Assembly (NCBI GenBank): GCA_965216465.1
Contig: CBDCFW010000001.1
Location: 256,001 to 320,000 of the forward strand
Direction of reading: 5' to 3'
Origin: Bacteroidia bacterium
Lineage (GTDB): Bacteria; Bacteroidota; Bacteroidia; NS11-12g; UBA9320
Length of the DNA stretch: 64,000 bases
Numbering within the stretch: the stretch's first letter is position 1; each line of letters opens with the position of its first letter. The translations under genes and the position numbers were made by a program. Below are positions 18,473 through 30,170 of the stretch, in pieces. Below the pieces are notes generated by a model. It was not told the origin of the DNA, made no database searches, and worked only from the letters and a program-made list of their open reading frames with translations.

Positions 18473-21265
18473 TTATAACTTTTGACTCAGAATGATTGTT
18501 GAGAACGCCGTTGTACTCAATGTCAATACCGCAGTGGCAGAATCTATGATTCGATCTAATCGTTCACGTCGTTCCGCAACTCTGCTGGCCTTATATTCAT
18601 CACTTTTCTTGTCCTCTTTTAAATCCAGAACAATTTCTGACCCTCTTCTCACTTTCGGATAGATCTTAACTATACCATAGTTACGCGTTTTTCTTACTTG
18701 ACCATTAGGATAAACCACTTTGGTCGAACTTCTTTTCGCATCTTTACTAAATCCTCCTCCGTATTTATTGATGTACCACTTAGCTCTTCTTGGCTTATAG
18801 TTAATTTGTACATTGAGTTGGTCATCAGTAGAGTCGATCATACCGGTTTGAAGCTCAAAATCGGTGATCGTATTGGTTCCGATTCTGTCAATTGAAACTA
18901 CATCAATTGTTTTCGGAATCACAATTACATCTCCTGGTTTAACTACCAAATCATGTTTCGATCTACCATTAACTGCTCGATCAATTCGTGTAACAACTTT
19001 GCCTGAAACGCCATTGGCACTTCGTTCAACATATCCAGCTTCAGGAAATGCTTCATCTGTCAATCCATCGGCTCGTGCTATAATATCTGTGATGCGCTCG
19101 TTATTAGAAATCAGAGCATATTCTCCAGGATAACGTACTTCCCCCGTGATTTTAACATATTGAATTTTCTCAAATTCTGGTGCACTTCTAACCACAATGT
19201 GATCAAAAGGTTCTAAGGTGACATCGGCTCCTAAATTCAGCGGTTTAAAGTCTCTGTCAACTGTTACACTTTGCGACAAAGTCACTGTTGGTTCATTTTC
19301 ATTTATCTGCAAGCGATAAATATCAATACGATTTGTTGCTGCTTCTAGTTTAAATCCACCAGCCATAACAACTATTTCTTTCAATGATAAATCCGAATTG
19401 TAATTAAATGTTCCTGGCTTACGCACCGCTCCACTAATACGGATTTCGAAGTTATCGCTGTAATCCATGCTGCTAGGAATAGTCAGCTTGTCACCTGGCT
19501 TTAGTGTAATGTTCTCAGCACTTTGAGGATCCTCAAGAGCCTTTCTAACATTTACAATTGTATAATCTGTTTTATTTCTGTTTTCGTAATCGACAGATGC
19601 TATATATCCGAAGTCTGTGGCAAACTCTTCAAGCCCTTTTGACATAATAAGTAGATCATAGATTGTAAACGTTTCATCCCTACTTACACTGTATGTTCCA
19701 GGATCTCTTACCGCACCACTTATTGAGATTTCGAAGGTGTCCGTAAAAACTCGTCGGTTGTAGAATATGATTTCATCCAGAGGCTCTATCGCAATGTCGG
19801 CATCCATATTTTTATTCAAAACCGCTGGAATATCCAATTTAATCAATTGGAAGGTACCATCCTTCTTATGACGAGTTAGATAAGCTACTTCACTAAAAGT
19901 CTCTTCTTCGATAATTACTTTATCGATCACGGTTGAAACCTTATCACCTTCTAGGAGTTCATATCTGCCTGGCTTTCGAACGGTGCCTCGAACAACATAA
20001 TAGTTTTCAGTTTTAAGATAGTGAGAAGTAATAGCTACCGCATCTCCATTCTTCAAGCTATAGTTTGAAGTAATTGCTTGTTCATACGGGTAGTCTCTCA
20101 ATACGCGTTGCTCACCTTCGAGGGTTTCAATTTGAACGCGATCAAGAACAACGTTGTTTTTAACTCCACCAGCATAACGAATGAGGTCATTTAACTTTTC
20201 GTCGTCTTGTAGCTCATAAAATATCGTAGGGCCATTGAATCCTTTTCCATTTGCAGAAACTCTTTTTTGAGATTTTTCGATAAAAACCAAGTCGCCATCG
20301 TAAATCTTAAGGCTGGTTGATGCTACAGGATTGGTAATGTAGTCATAAATATCTACTATTCTTTCTTTGCCATTGCTCACAACTCGAATCTGACGTAGAT
20401 TGGCAGTTCTTTGAGGACCCCCTGCACCAATAATAGCATTGATTACGTTGTTCATTGCAGAGATTGAATAACTTCCGGGGTTGTGTACCTCACCAAAAAT
20501 ATTCACCTTAATGGTTCTTGCGGTATTCAAACTAAGATTGAACTGGTCATCTTGAAATCTGTAGATTTGAGCGAATCGTCTGCGGAGCATAGTCTTTGCT
20601 TGTCCTAGCGAAACTCCTTTTAAATATACCTTGTACATTCCGCTTGGACGAATAAATCCATCTTCTTCGATTTCATAAATCAAATCAGCTTGGCTTTGGC
20701 CGAAGATATTAATGGCTATTTTGTCTCCAGCGTCCAATACATAGGAATTTGGTACTGATGATGGATTTGATTTGTCATAAAATCCAATCGATTGATTGAA
20801 AAAGATGTTAAAACCGAACAAATCGCGTGTTGCCGTCAATCTTTCGCTCATTTCTTTCGCCAAGATCTCTTCAGGAGATTCTATAAGTTTCTCTTGTTGT
20901 ACAGGTTGAGGAGCAACTTTAGGCTCTGTTGTAGTCTCAACCGGTTTATCCTGACCATCACCTTCAGTTGTAGCAATTGAACTCTGTTCTGCTTGCAATT
21001 CTTTAATGGCTTGTTGGATCTCTGCATCGACAGTTGCCAATTGGTCTGGACTCAAATTATCAAGATCAATACCTTTTTGTAGCAAACGTTGTTTAATTGC
21101 TTCTTCCGATACTCCAGCCTGAGCAAGAGCAGCTTGAGCATCTTGTTCGGTTACTCCATCAGCATTAACCCCCTGTAAATCAGGAGTTGACACCTGAGCA
21201 AAAACTGTTGTTGAAAGTAGAGCAAGGGTAAATAGTAAACCTGCTCTTTGCTTTGAGAAAATCAT
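18473..21265 (-). CDS. Large SLBB-repeat polysaccharide export protein (Wza/KpsD-like OPX)
   Basis: Signal peptide, YVLDAGDKI Poly_export motif, repeated I.G.V..PG.Y SLBB units, C-terminal helix. Confidence 0.88.
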   Translation of the reverse strand: MIFSKQRAGLLFTLALLSTTVFAQVSTPDLQGVNADGVTEQDAQAALAQAGVSEEAIKQRLLQKGIDLDNLSPDQLATVDAEIQQAIKELQAEQSSIATTEGDGQDKPVETTTEPKVAPQPVQQEKLIESPEEILAKEMSERLTATRDLFGFNIFFNQSIGFYDKSNPSSVPNSYVLDAGDKIAINIFGQSQADLIYEIEEDGFIRPSGMYKVYLKGVSLGQAKTMLRRRFAQIYRFQDDQFNLSLNTARTIKVNIFGEVHNPGSYSISAMNNVINAIIGAGGPQRTANLRQIRVVSNGKERIVDIYDYITNPVASTSLKIYDGDLVFIEKSQKRVSANGKGFNGPTIFYELQDDEKLNDLIRYAGGVKNNVVLDRVQIETLEGEQRVLRDYPYEQAITSNYSLKNGDAVAITSHYLKTENYYVVRGTVRKPGRYELLEGDKVSTVIDKVIIEEETFSEVAYLTRHKKDGTFQLIKLDIPAVLNKNMDADIAIEPLDEIIFYNRRVFTDTFEISISGAVRDPGTYSVSRDETFTIYDLLIMSKGLEEFATDFGYIASVDYENRNKTDYTIVNVRKALEDPQSAENITLKPGDKLTIPSSMDYSDNFEIRISGAVRKPGTFNYNSDLSLKEIVVMAGGFKLEAATNRIDIYRLQINENEPTVTLSQSVTVDRDFKPLNLGADVTLEPFDHIVVRSAPEFEKIQYVKITGEVRYPGEYALISNNERITDIIARADGLTDEAFPEAGYVERSANGVSGKVVTRIDRAVNGRSKHDLVVKPGDVIVIPKTIDVVSIDRIGTNTITDFELQTGMIDSTDDQLNVQINYKPRRAKWYINKYGGGFSKDAKRSSTKVVYPNGQVRKTRNYGIVKIYPKVRRGSEIVLDLKEDKKSDEYKASRVAERRERLDRIIDSATAVLTLSTTAFSTIILSQKL

Positions 21266-21287
21266 ACTTCGTTTAGGTAAATTTCAG

Positions 21288-21295
21288 CGAAATTA
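21288..21295 (-). promoter_or_regulatory. Candidate internal -7 promoter box (TAATTTCG) for the export/biosynthesis block
   Basis: Variant of Bacteroidota TAnnTTTG, 22 nt upstream of the ATG at 21265, in the largest intergenic gap of the locus. Confidence 0.4.
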
Positions 21296-21387
21296 TTTAG
21301 TTTAAAGGTTTATTTTTTAACAATTGCTGTTCAACAGCCCCTAATTTTGGACTAAATATAACATGCACCGTTAAACGGTTAATTTTA

Positions 21388-22530
21388 TCAGACCAACGAC
21401 TCATTTTCTTTTAACACCTCTGTAAATGAGTCAATTATGAATTTAGCATCGTCCACTTCTAAGCTAGAGTAAATCGGAAGTCTAAACAAACACTCTTCAA
21501 ACATTGTAGCATTTGGGCATTCGAACTTACCATTAATCTTCTTCGAAAAATTACTCTCGTGAAGTGCTTGGTAATGAAAAACAACCTGTATACCTCTGGT
21601 CTTTAACCCTTCGATAATTGCCTGTCTTTGGGTCTTATTCTCACAAACTCCATAAAAGCAGTGAGCATTGTGCTTTTTTTCTAAGTCCCTAAGTTGTTCA
21701 AATTGCGGCAAGCTGCCCAAGTGCGAGTGGTAGGCATCCCAAATAGCTTTACGACGTGTTTGTGAATTTTCAAAATTTTCAAGTTGAGCAAATAAAAATG
21801 CGGCGAGCACTTCAGGCATCATAAAAGATGATCCGTAGTCTACCCATCCGTATTTATCTACTTCTCCATTAAAATAAGCAGCTCGATTTGTTCCTTTCTC
21901 CCAAACTACCGGAGCTCTTTTGTTTAATTGTTGGTTGTTTACGACGATTAATCCTCCTTTACCGCTGGTAACATTTTTCGTTTCATGAAAGGAAAATGTA
22001 GCTATATCGCCGAAGCTGCCTAATGGTTTAGAAGACTCAGATCCCAATGCACAAGCTGCATCTTCAACTAGCAAGATTTGTTTTTCTTTACAAAAAGCTT
22101 GAATGGCTTCTATATCACATGAAAAACCACCATAATGAACCACAATAATTGCTTTTGTTTTTGCATTAACAAGGCTTTTTATACTATCAAGATCAACATT
22201 AGGATTGTCGTTTTTACTATCTGCATAAACAATACGAGCTCCTTTGGTTGCAAATGCATTAGCAGTAGATACGAAGGTATAGCTAGGAACTATTACCTCA
22301 TCTCCGGGACCAGCACCGCATAATATTGCAGCCATCTCTAATGCGTCGGTACATGAAGGAGTTAGATAGGTGTTTTCAAACCCAAATCTATCTTTAAACC
22401 ACTGTTTACATAGCTTGTTGTAATGACCTTTACCAGCAAAATGCCTCCGTTCGATTACATCAGAAACATAGGCCGCTTCATTCAAAGCAACATTTGGGAC
22501 ATTAAACTTTATCAAAGATCTAGTACTCAA
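21388..22530 (-). CDS. wecE: dTDP-4-amino-4,6-dideoxygalactose transaminase (WecE/RffA-like)
   Basis: TPSCTDALEMAA, PSYTFVSTANAF, SFHETKN, EKGTNR, VDKYGW, VFHY. Confidence 0.85.
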   Translation of the reverse strand: MSTRSLIKFNVPNVALNEAAYVSDVIERRHFAGKGHYNKLCKQWFKDRFGFENTYLTPSCTDALEMAAILCGAGPGDEVIVPSYTFVSTANAFATKGARIVYADSKNDNPNVDLDSIKSLVNAKTKAIIVVHYGGFSCDIEAIQAFCKEKQILLVEDAACALGSESSKPLGSFGDIATFSFHETKNVTSGKGGLIVVNNQQLNKRAPVVWEKGTNRAAYFNGEVDKYGWVDYGSSFMMPEVLAAFLFAQLENFENSQTRRKAIWDAYHSHLGSLPQFEQLRDLEKKHNAHCFYGVCENKTQRQAIIEGLKTRGIQVVFHYQALHESNFSKKINGKFECPNATMFEECLFRLPIYSSLEVDDAKFIIDSFTEVLKENESLV

Positions 22531-22532
22531 TC

Positions 22533-23393
<861 letters not shown>

Positions 23394-23396
23394 ATC

Positions 23397-24410
23397 TTAA
23401 TTTCTATGTGAATATATTCTTTCAATTATTTCAACCACCTTTTGACCTTCAAAAGCCGTAGTGGTTTCAATGTCTTTGTCATTCAAAACGTCGATTACAT
23501 TTTGAATCATTAATGGATGATTATTTGCAGACCCCTGATACGCTCCATAGTTATTTGGCGGATTTGAGGCCGAAAGTTCTTCAAAGTTGTAATTTTCAAT
23601 TTCACAGTACTCAACTTTATTCATGTATTGTCCCCCTACTTTGACTGTTCCGCGTTCACCGACAATGGAAATACTGCTTTCAAAATTTTGTTTACTCACA
23701 GACGTACTGTACGACAGGCTACCTAAACATCTTTCACCTAAAGTAAACAACACGTTGCCTGAATCTTCAAAGTCTGTTAAATGTTCATGGTTGAAATCTG
23801 CAAATCGAGCTTGAATGTTTTTAAAATCGCCAAACAACCAGTAGACCAGGTCAACAAAATGTGAGAACTGCGTAAAGAGTGTACCGCCATCCATATCCAA
23901 TGTACCTCTCCACTTTTCATCGTCATTTTTATAATAGCGTTCATCTCTGTTCCAAAAACACTTCACATCGACCATGTAAATCTCGCCAAGTGTTTTTTGT
24001 TGAATCAACTTTTTGAGCCATTTCGCCGGTGGCGAATAGCGATTTTGCATTACACAAAATGCCTTCTTTTCTTTCGCATTTGCTAAGTCAATTACTTCCT
24101 GACATTTTGATGCTGTGAGCCCCATAGGCTTTTCAATGACTACATGAACGCCATAAGTTAAACACTGAATTGCCTGATCACTGTGTAAGCCATTTGGTGT
24201 GCAAATGTTTATCACATCTGCAGTAGTACCACTATCAAAAAAGTCTTGAAGCGTTTTGAATGTTGAGATTGATTGAAGCTCATCATTTAAATCTAAATCT
24301 CGAACATCAATTAATGCAACTAATTCTGCATTAGGGTTTTGCATCACAGTATTTGCATGTCTGAGTCCTATGTGACCGCAACCAACTATCGCAAATTTTA
24401 TAGTTCTCAT
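23397..24410 (-). CDS. Gfo/Idh/MocA oxidoreductase (WbpB/WlbA-like 3-dehydrogenase)
   Basis: IVGCGHIG, CTPNGLH, EKPM, QNRY, DGGTLFTQFSH. Confidence 0.82.
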   Translation of the reverse strand: MRTIKFAIVGCGHIGLRHANTVMQNPNAELVALIDVRDLDLNDELQSISTFKTLQDFFDSGTTADVINICTPNGLHSDQAIQCLTYGVHVVIEKPMGLTASKCQEVIDLANAKEKKAFCVMQNRYSPPAKWLKKLIQQKTLGEIYMVDVKCFWNRDERYYKNDDEKWRGTLDMDGGTLFTQFSHFVDLVYWLFGDFKNIQARFADFNHEHLTDFEDSGNVLFTLGERCLGSLSYSTSVSKQNFESSISIVGERGTVKVGGQYMNKVEYCEIENYNFEELSASNPPNNYGAYQGSANNHPLMIQNVIDVLNDKDIETTTAFEGQKVVEIIERIYSHRN

Positions 24411-25531
24411 GAGTAAAATTCCCTAATGGTAGTGCAAATGTATTTCACATCATCTACATTCATTTCAGTATGAATAGGCAATGACAGTGCTTCCTGAGTT
24501 AACCCCTCGGCTATAGGGTATGTATTTGATCGTGCAAACTCCTTATAGGCTTGTTGTTGATGTATTGCCAAAGGATAATAAATAGTAGACTGAATACCCT
24601 TTTTGCTAAGATAAGCTTTTAAATCGTCTCGTTTTCCATTCTTGACCTTTAGGGTAAATTGATGATAAACGTGCGTCGAGTTCACATTCTCAACCGGTAA
24701 CTCAACATCATCAACCCCTTGTAATTCATCACGATAGACCAACGCTATTTTTTGCTTCGATTTATTAAATTGACTAAGAAAGGCAAGCTTAACATCTAAG
24801 ATTGCGGCCTGTAACGTATCAAGACGTGAATTAACTCCAATCATTTCGTGGTAATACTTGCTCGATTGCCCATGATTGGCAAGTTTCCTAAGCTTAGTTG
24901 CTAATTCATTGTTGTTTGTAAAAAGAGCTCCTCCATCGCCGAAGCAACCCAAATTTTTTGTAGGGAAGAATGAAGTTATTCCTATATCACCAATGGTGCC
25001 AAGTTTCGCTCGATTGCCATCGCTATAAATAAACTCAGCACCAATTGCCTGAGCATTATCTTCGATTACATAAAGCTCATATTGTTCTGCGACATTCATT
25101 ACAGCATCCATATCAGCTCCTTGACCAAAGAGATGTACGGGCATTATAGCCTTTGTTTTATCTGTGATTGCCGCTTCAATCTTTGTTACATCAATATTAA
25201 AGTCGTGGCTATTCACATCAACAAAAACAGGTGTAAAACCAAGCAAAACAATCACTTCGGCTGTTGCTGTATAGGTAAATGCTGGTAAAATTATTTCTGC
25301 ATCTTTAGGCAGGTTCAGACACATTAAAGCAATTTGAAGTGCATCGGTACCATTACCGCATCCAACAACATTTGCGACATCAAGATAAGTTGCCAAGTTA
25401 GATTCAAAAGACCTAACTTCAGGTCCATTAATAAATTGTACACCGCTCAATACTCCTTGAACGGCTTGATCAATTTCATTTTTCAGTCTACGGTATTGAG
25501 ACTGAAGATCTAACATAGAAACTTCTTTCAA
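24407..25531 (-). CDS. DegT/DnrJ PLP aminotransferase (WbpE/WlbC-like)
   Basis: GNGTDALQIA, EDNAQA, SFFPTKNLGCFGDGGA, NSRLDTLQAA. Confidence 0.88.
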   Translation of the reverse strand: MKEVSMLDLQSQYRRLKNEIDQAVQGVLSGVQFINGPEVRSFESNLATYLDVANVVGCGNGTDALQIALMCLNLPKDAEIILPAFTYTATAEVIVLLGFTPVFVDVNSHDFNIDVTKIEAAITDKTKAIMPVHLFGQGADMDAVMNVAEQYELYVIEDNAQAIGAEFIYSDGNRAKLGTIGDIGITSFFPTKNLGCFGDGGALFTNNNELATKLRKLANHGQSSKYYHEMIGVNSRLDTLQAAILDVKLAFLSQFNKSKQKIALVYRDELQGVDDVELPVENVNSTHVYHQFTLKVKNGKRDDLKAYLSKKGIQSTIYYPLAIHQQQAYKEFARSNTYPIAEGLTQEALSLPIHTEMNVDDVKYICTTIREFYS

Positions 25532-25533
25532 AA

Positions 25534-26580
25534 TTAAGAATACATCTTCTGATAGTACTTTTGGTACTCACCAGAAGTAACGTGGTTTAACCACTCTTCA
25601 TTGCTTAAAAACCAGTCAACGGTTTGTCTTAGTCCTTCTTCAAACTGTAAGCTTGGTGTCCAGTTTAGCTCGTTTTGAAGCTTGCTGGCATCTATCGCGT
25701 AACGCAAATCGTGGCCTGCTCTATCTTGAACAAACGTTATAAGCGATTGAGATTCTCCAACTTCTCTTCCTAGTTTTTCATCCATCACGTTGCAAAGCAA
25801 CTTCACCAAATCAATGTTGGTCCATTCGTTATGACCTCCTATATTGTAGGTATCACCTAATTTACCGTTGCTAAAAATGCACTCAATTGCCGATGCATGA
25901 TCTTTTACAAATAACCAATCACGAACGTTTAGACCTTCGCCGTAAACAGGTAATGGTTTTTTTTGAATGATGTTATTAATCATCAAAGGAATTAGCTTTT
26001 CTGGAAAGTGGTTTGGACCATAATTATTCGAACAATTTGATACAATTATTGGTAAGCCATAGGTGTGATAATATGCTCGTACAAAGTGATCACTACTTGC
26101 TTTTGAAGCAGAATATGGACTACGTGGATCGTATGCGGTATCTTCATAGAAGAAACCAGTATCTCCAAGTGACCCATATACCTCATCTGTAGAGACATGG
26201 TAAAATAGCTTATTGTCATAATTACCGTCCCACTGCTCTTTGGCTGCTTGCAATAGATTTGTTGTGCCAAGCACATTTGTTTTCACGAATAACAATGGGT
26301 CTGTAATCGATCGATCTACATGACTTTCAGCCGCTAAGTGAACAACATGCGTAATGTCATTGTCGGCAAATACCTTTCTCATTAAATCAAGATCTTGAAT
26401 ATCAGCATGAACAAAGTGGTAATTCTCATTTTGTTCAACATCCTTTAAGTTCTCCAAGTTTCCAGCATAGGTTAATGCATCAAGATTAAATATTTGATCA
26501 TTTGGAAATGCGTCCACAAATTTTCTAATTACATGTGAACCAATAAATCCAGCTCCTCCTGTTATAAGTATATTCTTCAT
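25534..26580 (-). CDS. rfbB: dTDP-glucose 4,6-dehydratase
   Basis: TGGAGFIGS, LTYAGN, AAESHVDRSI, STDEVYG, YSASK, SNNYGP. Confidence 0.97.
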   Translation of the reverse strand: MKNILITGGAGFIGSHVIRKFVDAFPNDQIFNLDALTYAGNLENLKDVEQNENYHFVHADIQDLDLMRKVFADNDITHVVHLAAESHVDRSITDPLLFVKTNVLGTTNLLQAAKEQWDGNYDNKLFYHVSTDEVYGSLGDTGFFYEDTAYDPRSPYSASKASSDHFVRAYYHTYGLPIIVSNCSNNYGPNHFPEKLIPLMINNIIQKKPLPVYGEGLNVRDWLFVKDHASAIECIFSNGKLGDTYNIGGHNEWTNIDLVKLLCNVMDEKLGREVGESQSLITFVQDRAGHDLRYAIDASKLQNELNWTPSLQFEEGLRQTVDWFLSNEEWLNHVTSGEYQKYYQKMYS

Positions 26581-26582
26581 GT

Positions 26583-27848
26583 TTATATAATCATTCCTGC
26601 AGCTACAGTGTTGTTCGTTCCTTCGTCAACCAGAATCAGCGACCCGGTAGCTTTGTTTTTTGTATAAGGGTCAACAAACAATGGTTTTGTAGTTCTAATG
26701 CGTACTCTAGCAATATCATTCATTTGAATTGATTTATCATCTTGAATTCGATGAAGGGTATTAATATCTACCTTGTATTGCACTTCTTTGACCATACAAC
26801 GTACTTTATTGGTTGTATGAAGAACGGTGTATTTTTTTGATGGGCTGAATGGTTCATTGCCCATCCAACACATCATAAAATCTAAATCTTGACTAGGTTC
26901 AGCTTGATTATGCGGGCGAACAATCATATCCCCTCTGCTAATATCGATATCGTCTTCTAATGTTATGGTTACACTCATTGGAGGAAATGCTTCCTCTTTT
27001 ACTTCTTCTCCGCTTGTTATAGATTTAACTGTGGAGTTGAAACCTGAAGGTAATACAGTTACCTCATCGCCCACTTTAAAAATTCCACTTTCAATTCTAC
27101 CAGCATATCCTCTAAAATCATGAAACTCGTTTTGATGTGGACGAATAACGGTCTGAACAGGGAAACGGCAATCTATCATATTTCTATCACTAGAAATGTG
27201 TATATGTTCAAGGGTATGCAATAAGGTTGAACCCTCGTACCAATCCATATTTTCGCTTCTATCGACCACATTATCTCCATTCAGTGCTGAGATTGGTATG
27301 AACCGAATATCATCAACATCCAGTTTAGAAGCAAAGTCTTCATACTCGTCTACAATTTTGTTGTACTGTTCTTCACCGTAGTCAACAAGATCCATCTTAT
27401 TCACGCAAACCAAGATGTGTTTTATCTGTAAAAGCGAGGCGATGAAGGAGTGCCTTTTTGTCTGCTCAATAACTCCGTTTCTAGCATCCACTAGAATAAG
27501 AGCAAGATTTGCAGTAGAAGCCCCAGTAATCATATTTCGGGTATATTGAATATGACCAGGCGTATCAGCGATTATAAATTTTCGCTTGGGAGTAGAAAAG
27601 TAGCGGTAAGCTACATCTATGGTTATACCTTGCTCTCTTTCATCTTTCAACCCATCTGTTAACAGCGAAAAGTCGATATGTTCTAGGCCTTTACTCTTAC
27701 TTGTATTTTCTACAGAGCTTAATTGGTCTTCAAAAATGCTTTTTGAATCGTACAACAACCTTCCGATTAATGTACTTTTTCCATCGTCAACGCTTCCTGC
27801 TGTAGTAAAGCGTAGAAGGTCTCGGTCTAAATAATTTTTATCTTCCAT
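26583..27848 (-). CDS. cysN: Sulfate adenylyltransferase subunit 1 (GTPase)
   Basis: AGSVDDGKSTLIGRLL, EREQGITIDVAYRYF, DTPGH, NKMD. Confidence 0.96.
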   Translation of the reverse strand: MEDKNYLDRDLLRFTTAGSVDDGKSTLIGRLLYDSKSIFEDQLSSVENTSKSKGLEHIDFSLLTDGLKDEREQGITIDVAYRYFSTPKRKFIIADTPGHIQYTRNMITGASTANLALILVDARNGVIEQTKRHSFIASLLQIKHILVCVNKMDLVDYGEEQYNKIVDEYEDFASKLDVDDIRFIPISALNGDNVVDRSENMDWYEGSTLLHTLEHIHISSDRNMIDCRFPVQTVIRPHQNEFHDFRGYAGRIESGIFKVGDEVTVLPSGFNSTVKSITSGEEVKEEAFPPMSVTITLEDDIDISRGDMIVRPHNQAEPSQDLDFMMCWMGNEPFSPSKKYTVLHTTNKVRCMVKEVQYKVDINTLHRIQDDKSIQMNDIARVRIRTTKPLFVDPYTKNKATGSLILVDEGTNNTVAAGMII

Positions 27849-28750
27849 TAAAAATATCCCTCTTTTTTACGGTCTTCCATTGCGGTTTCTGAACGCTGGT
27901 CATCTGCACGGCCTCCGCGTTCTGTATTTCTTGCTGCTGCAACTTCACCAATTATTTTTTCAAGCGTATCCGCATCACTTTCTACTGCTCCAGTAATGGT
28001 AATATCTCCCATAGTTCTGAAGCGGATTTGCATTTCCTTAACTTCTTCAGAGTCTTTTAACTCCTGATAATCGTTCACTGAAAGAATTGTTCCATTGCGA
28101 ACGAAGCATTCTCTTTTATGAGAAAAATAAAGACTTGGCAGTTCGATGTTTTCGAGTAAGATGTATTGCCAAATGTCCATTTCCGTCCAGTTACTGATTG
28201 GAAAAATTCTAAAATTCTCACCAAAGTGTTTTAGTCCATTAAAAAGGTTCCATAGTTCTGGACGTTGATTTTTAGGATCCCATTGACCAAATTCATCTCG
28301 ATGTGAAAAGAATCGTTCTTTGGCACGTGCTTTTTCTTCATCACGTCGAGCTCCACCCATACAAGCGTCATATTGGTTTTCTTCAATCGTATCAAGAAGT
28401 GTTGTGATTTGTAGTCTGTTACGTGTTGCATTAATTCCACGTTCTTCAGCTACTTTACCTTCATCAATTGATTTCTGAACTGATCCTACAACAAGATTTA
28501 CACCGAGCTGCTCGACTAGTTTATCTCTAAAAGCAATGGTTTCTGGAAAGTTATGGCCTGTATCGACATGCACTAGAGGAAATGGTATCTTTGCTGGCCA
28601 GAATGCTTTTTTGGCCAGATGAGTAAGAACAATTGAATCTTTCCCTCCTGAAAAAAGAATTGCTGGTTTGTTAAATTGAGCAAAAGTCTCTCTAATCACA
28701 AAAATGCTCTCAGCTTCTAATTCCTTTAAATGAGTTAATGAATGCTTCAT
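27848..28750 (-). CDS. cysD: Sulfate adenylyltransferase subunit 2
   Basis: [43 protein letters not shown]. Confidence 0.97.
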   Translation of the reverse strand: MKHSLTHLKELEAESIFVIRETFAQFNKPAILFSGGKDSIVLTHLAKKAFWPAKIPFPLVHVDTGHNFPETIAFRDKLVEQLGVNLVVGSVQKSIDEGKVAEERGINATRNRLQITTLLDTIEENQYDACMGGARRDEEKARAKERFFSHRDEFGQWDPKNQRPELWNLFNGLKHFGENFRIFPISNWTEMDIWQYILLENIELPSLYFSHKRECFVRNGTILSVNDYQELKDSEEVKEMQIRFRTMGDITITGAVESDADTLEKIIGEVAAARNTERGGRADDQRSETAMEDRKKEGYF

Positions 28751-29334
28751 TTTATTTTTTGCTTAATATTTTGATATATAGTTTCTGTACAAGACTCGAT
28801 AGAATCTTGGTCTGAATTAACTTTTATTTCTGGGTTTGAAGGGGCTTCATAAGGAGAATCAATACCCGTAAAATTTTTAATTTCACCGGCTCTTGCCTTG
28901 GCGTATAATCCCTTTATGTCTCTAGCCTCACAAACTTCAATCGGGCAATCTACAAACACCTCTACAAAGTACTCTTCACCAATTATTGATCTTGCCTTGT
29001 CTCGATCTTCTTGAAAAGGTGATATAAAACTTGTAAGTACGACTTCACCAGCATCAACAAATAATTTAGCGACCTCAGAAATTCTTCGAATGTTTTCTTT
29101 CCTTCCTTCAGATGAAAAATCAAGGTCGGCATTAATTCCTAGTCGGATGTTATCTCCATCTAACAGATAGGTATGCGTGCCATCATTTACCAGTTTCTGA
29201 TAGAGGTGAGAAGCAATTGTAGATTTCCCTGACCCCGAAAGTCCTGTAAACCAAACAACCAAAGGCTTATGACCTTTTAGCTCCTGTCTCTGTTCAGGAG
29301 ACACCAAAACATCTTGTTTAAATAGATTATTCAT
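28747..29334 (-). CDS. cysC: Adenylyl-sulfate kinase; probable start ATG 29334
   Basis: [39 protein letters not shown]. Confidence 0.96.
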   Translation of the reverse strand: MNNLFKQDVLVSPEQRQELKGHKPLVVWFTGLSGSGKSTIASHLYQKLVNDGTHTYLLDGDNIRLGINADLDFSSEGRKENIRRISEVAKLFVDAGEVVLTSFISPFQEDRDKARSIIGEEYFVEVFVDCPIEVCEARDIKGLYAKARAGEIKNFTGIDSPYEAPSNPEIKVNSDQDSIESCTETIYQNIKQKIK

Positions 29335-29566
29335 CTCCTTCTCGGCTTGAAATACCAAACTTAGTTCTGTACCAAGCACGTTCGTGGAGGTAATACAAAA
29401 TCATTTTTAAAAAGAATTCCGTACCTGCAACTCCACTTGCTTTAGCAACAGCTTGAGCATCATCTCTAAAGAAAAGATAGCTTAAAATAAATGTGGTGCT
29501 TGTTGCAATAACCCTCCAAGTTAGTGTTTTGGCAATGTGCCTTTTGTTTGCGTTTTTTAGTGCCAT
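29327..29566 (-). CDS. DUF2061-like small membrane protein
   Basis: [10 protein letters not shown]...YYLHERAW pattern; commonly precedes cys genes. Confidence 0.8.
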   Translation of the reverse strand: MALKNANKRHIAKTLTWRVIATSTTFILSYLFFRDDAQAVAKASGVAGTEFFLKMILYYLHERAWYRTKFGISSREGDE

Positions 29567-29632
29567 TTTTTATACAAAGCTTCGCCACCTCAGTCCCATT
29601 AACTAAGTGGCAAATTGTTTATGAAAACGACT

Positions 29633-30163
29633 TTACTTACTCCAGAGAAGCAGGTAATTGTCGTGTTTATCTTCAATCTCTTGACCCTTTATTTCTGCAG
29701 AATCATAAGAGATGTATTTTATTTTTTTACCCAATTTTATTTGGGCTTTTTCAACCAGCTCAAACAGATATTTCTTATCGATGTCGCCTACAAAGACTAA
29801 ATCAATTATTTCGCTGTTTAATCCTTTAGCCAAGTTTCCTACTACATACACTTTTTCTAAGTCTCCTAGATTTTCGATTACTTTTTCGATGATTTTATCT
29901 AATCCAGTAAACTTCAGTAAAATGTTGTGAATGTCGTTGAATAAAGGATGGCTGGTATTGGCTTGAAATATCTTCTTATTCCCTTTTAAGTTCGAATTCA
30001 AGAGACCGGCTTTCTCAAACTTGTTGAGTTCCAGACGAATGGCGTTACTTGACTCTCCAAATTCAGACTCTAATCCCCTTAAATATGAACTATTGCTACT
30101 GTTTAAAAAGAACTTCAACAGTAATTTTATTCGTGTCTTCGAAGATATTAAGGTTTCAATCAT
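29633..30163 (-). CDS. Winged-HTH (ArsR-like) regulator fused to a degenerate nucleotidyltransferase-like domain
   Basis: N-terminal SKTRIKLL...YLRGL...NAIRLELNKFEKAGLL wHTH; C-terminal VYVVGNLAKG...IIDLVFVG resembles the MNT GS...DxD motif. Confidence 0.75.
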   Translation of the reverse strand: MIETLISSKTRIKLLLKFFLNSSNSSYLRGLESEFGESSNAIRLELNKFEKAGLLNSNLKGNKKIFQANTSHPLFNDIHNILLKFTGLDKIIEKVIENLGDLEKVYVVGNLAKGLNSEIIDLVFVGDIDKKYLFELVEKAQIKLGKKIKYISYDSAEIKGQEIEDKHDNYLLLWSK

Positions 30164-30170
30164 AAGCCTT

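Noticed and set aside
21326-21380. Small palindromes GCTGT-TCA-ACAGC and ACCGT-TAA-ACGGT upstream of the export gene as an ops/JUMPstart site
   Set aside because: Only 5-bp arms and no match to the GGCGGTAG ops core, so a function cannot be supported
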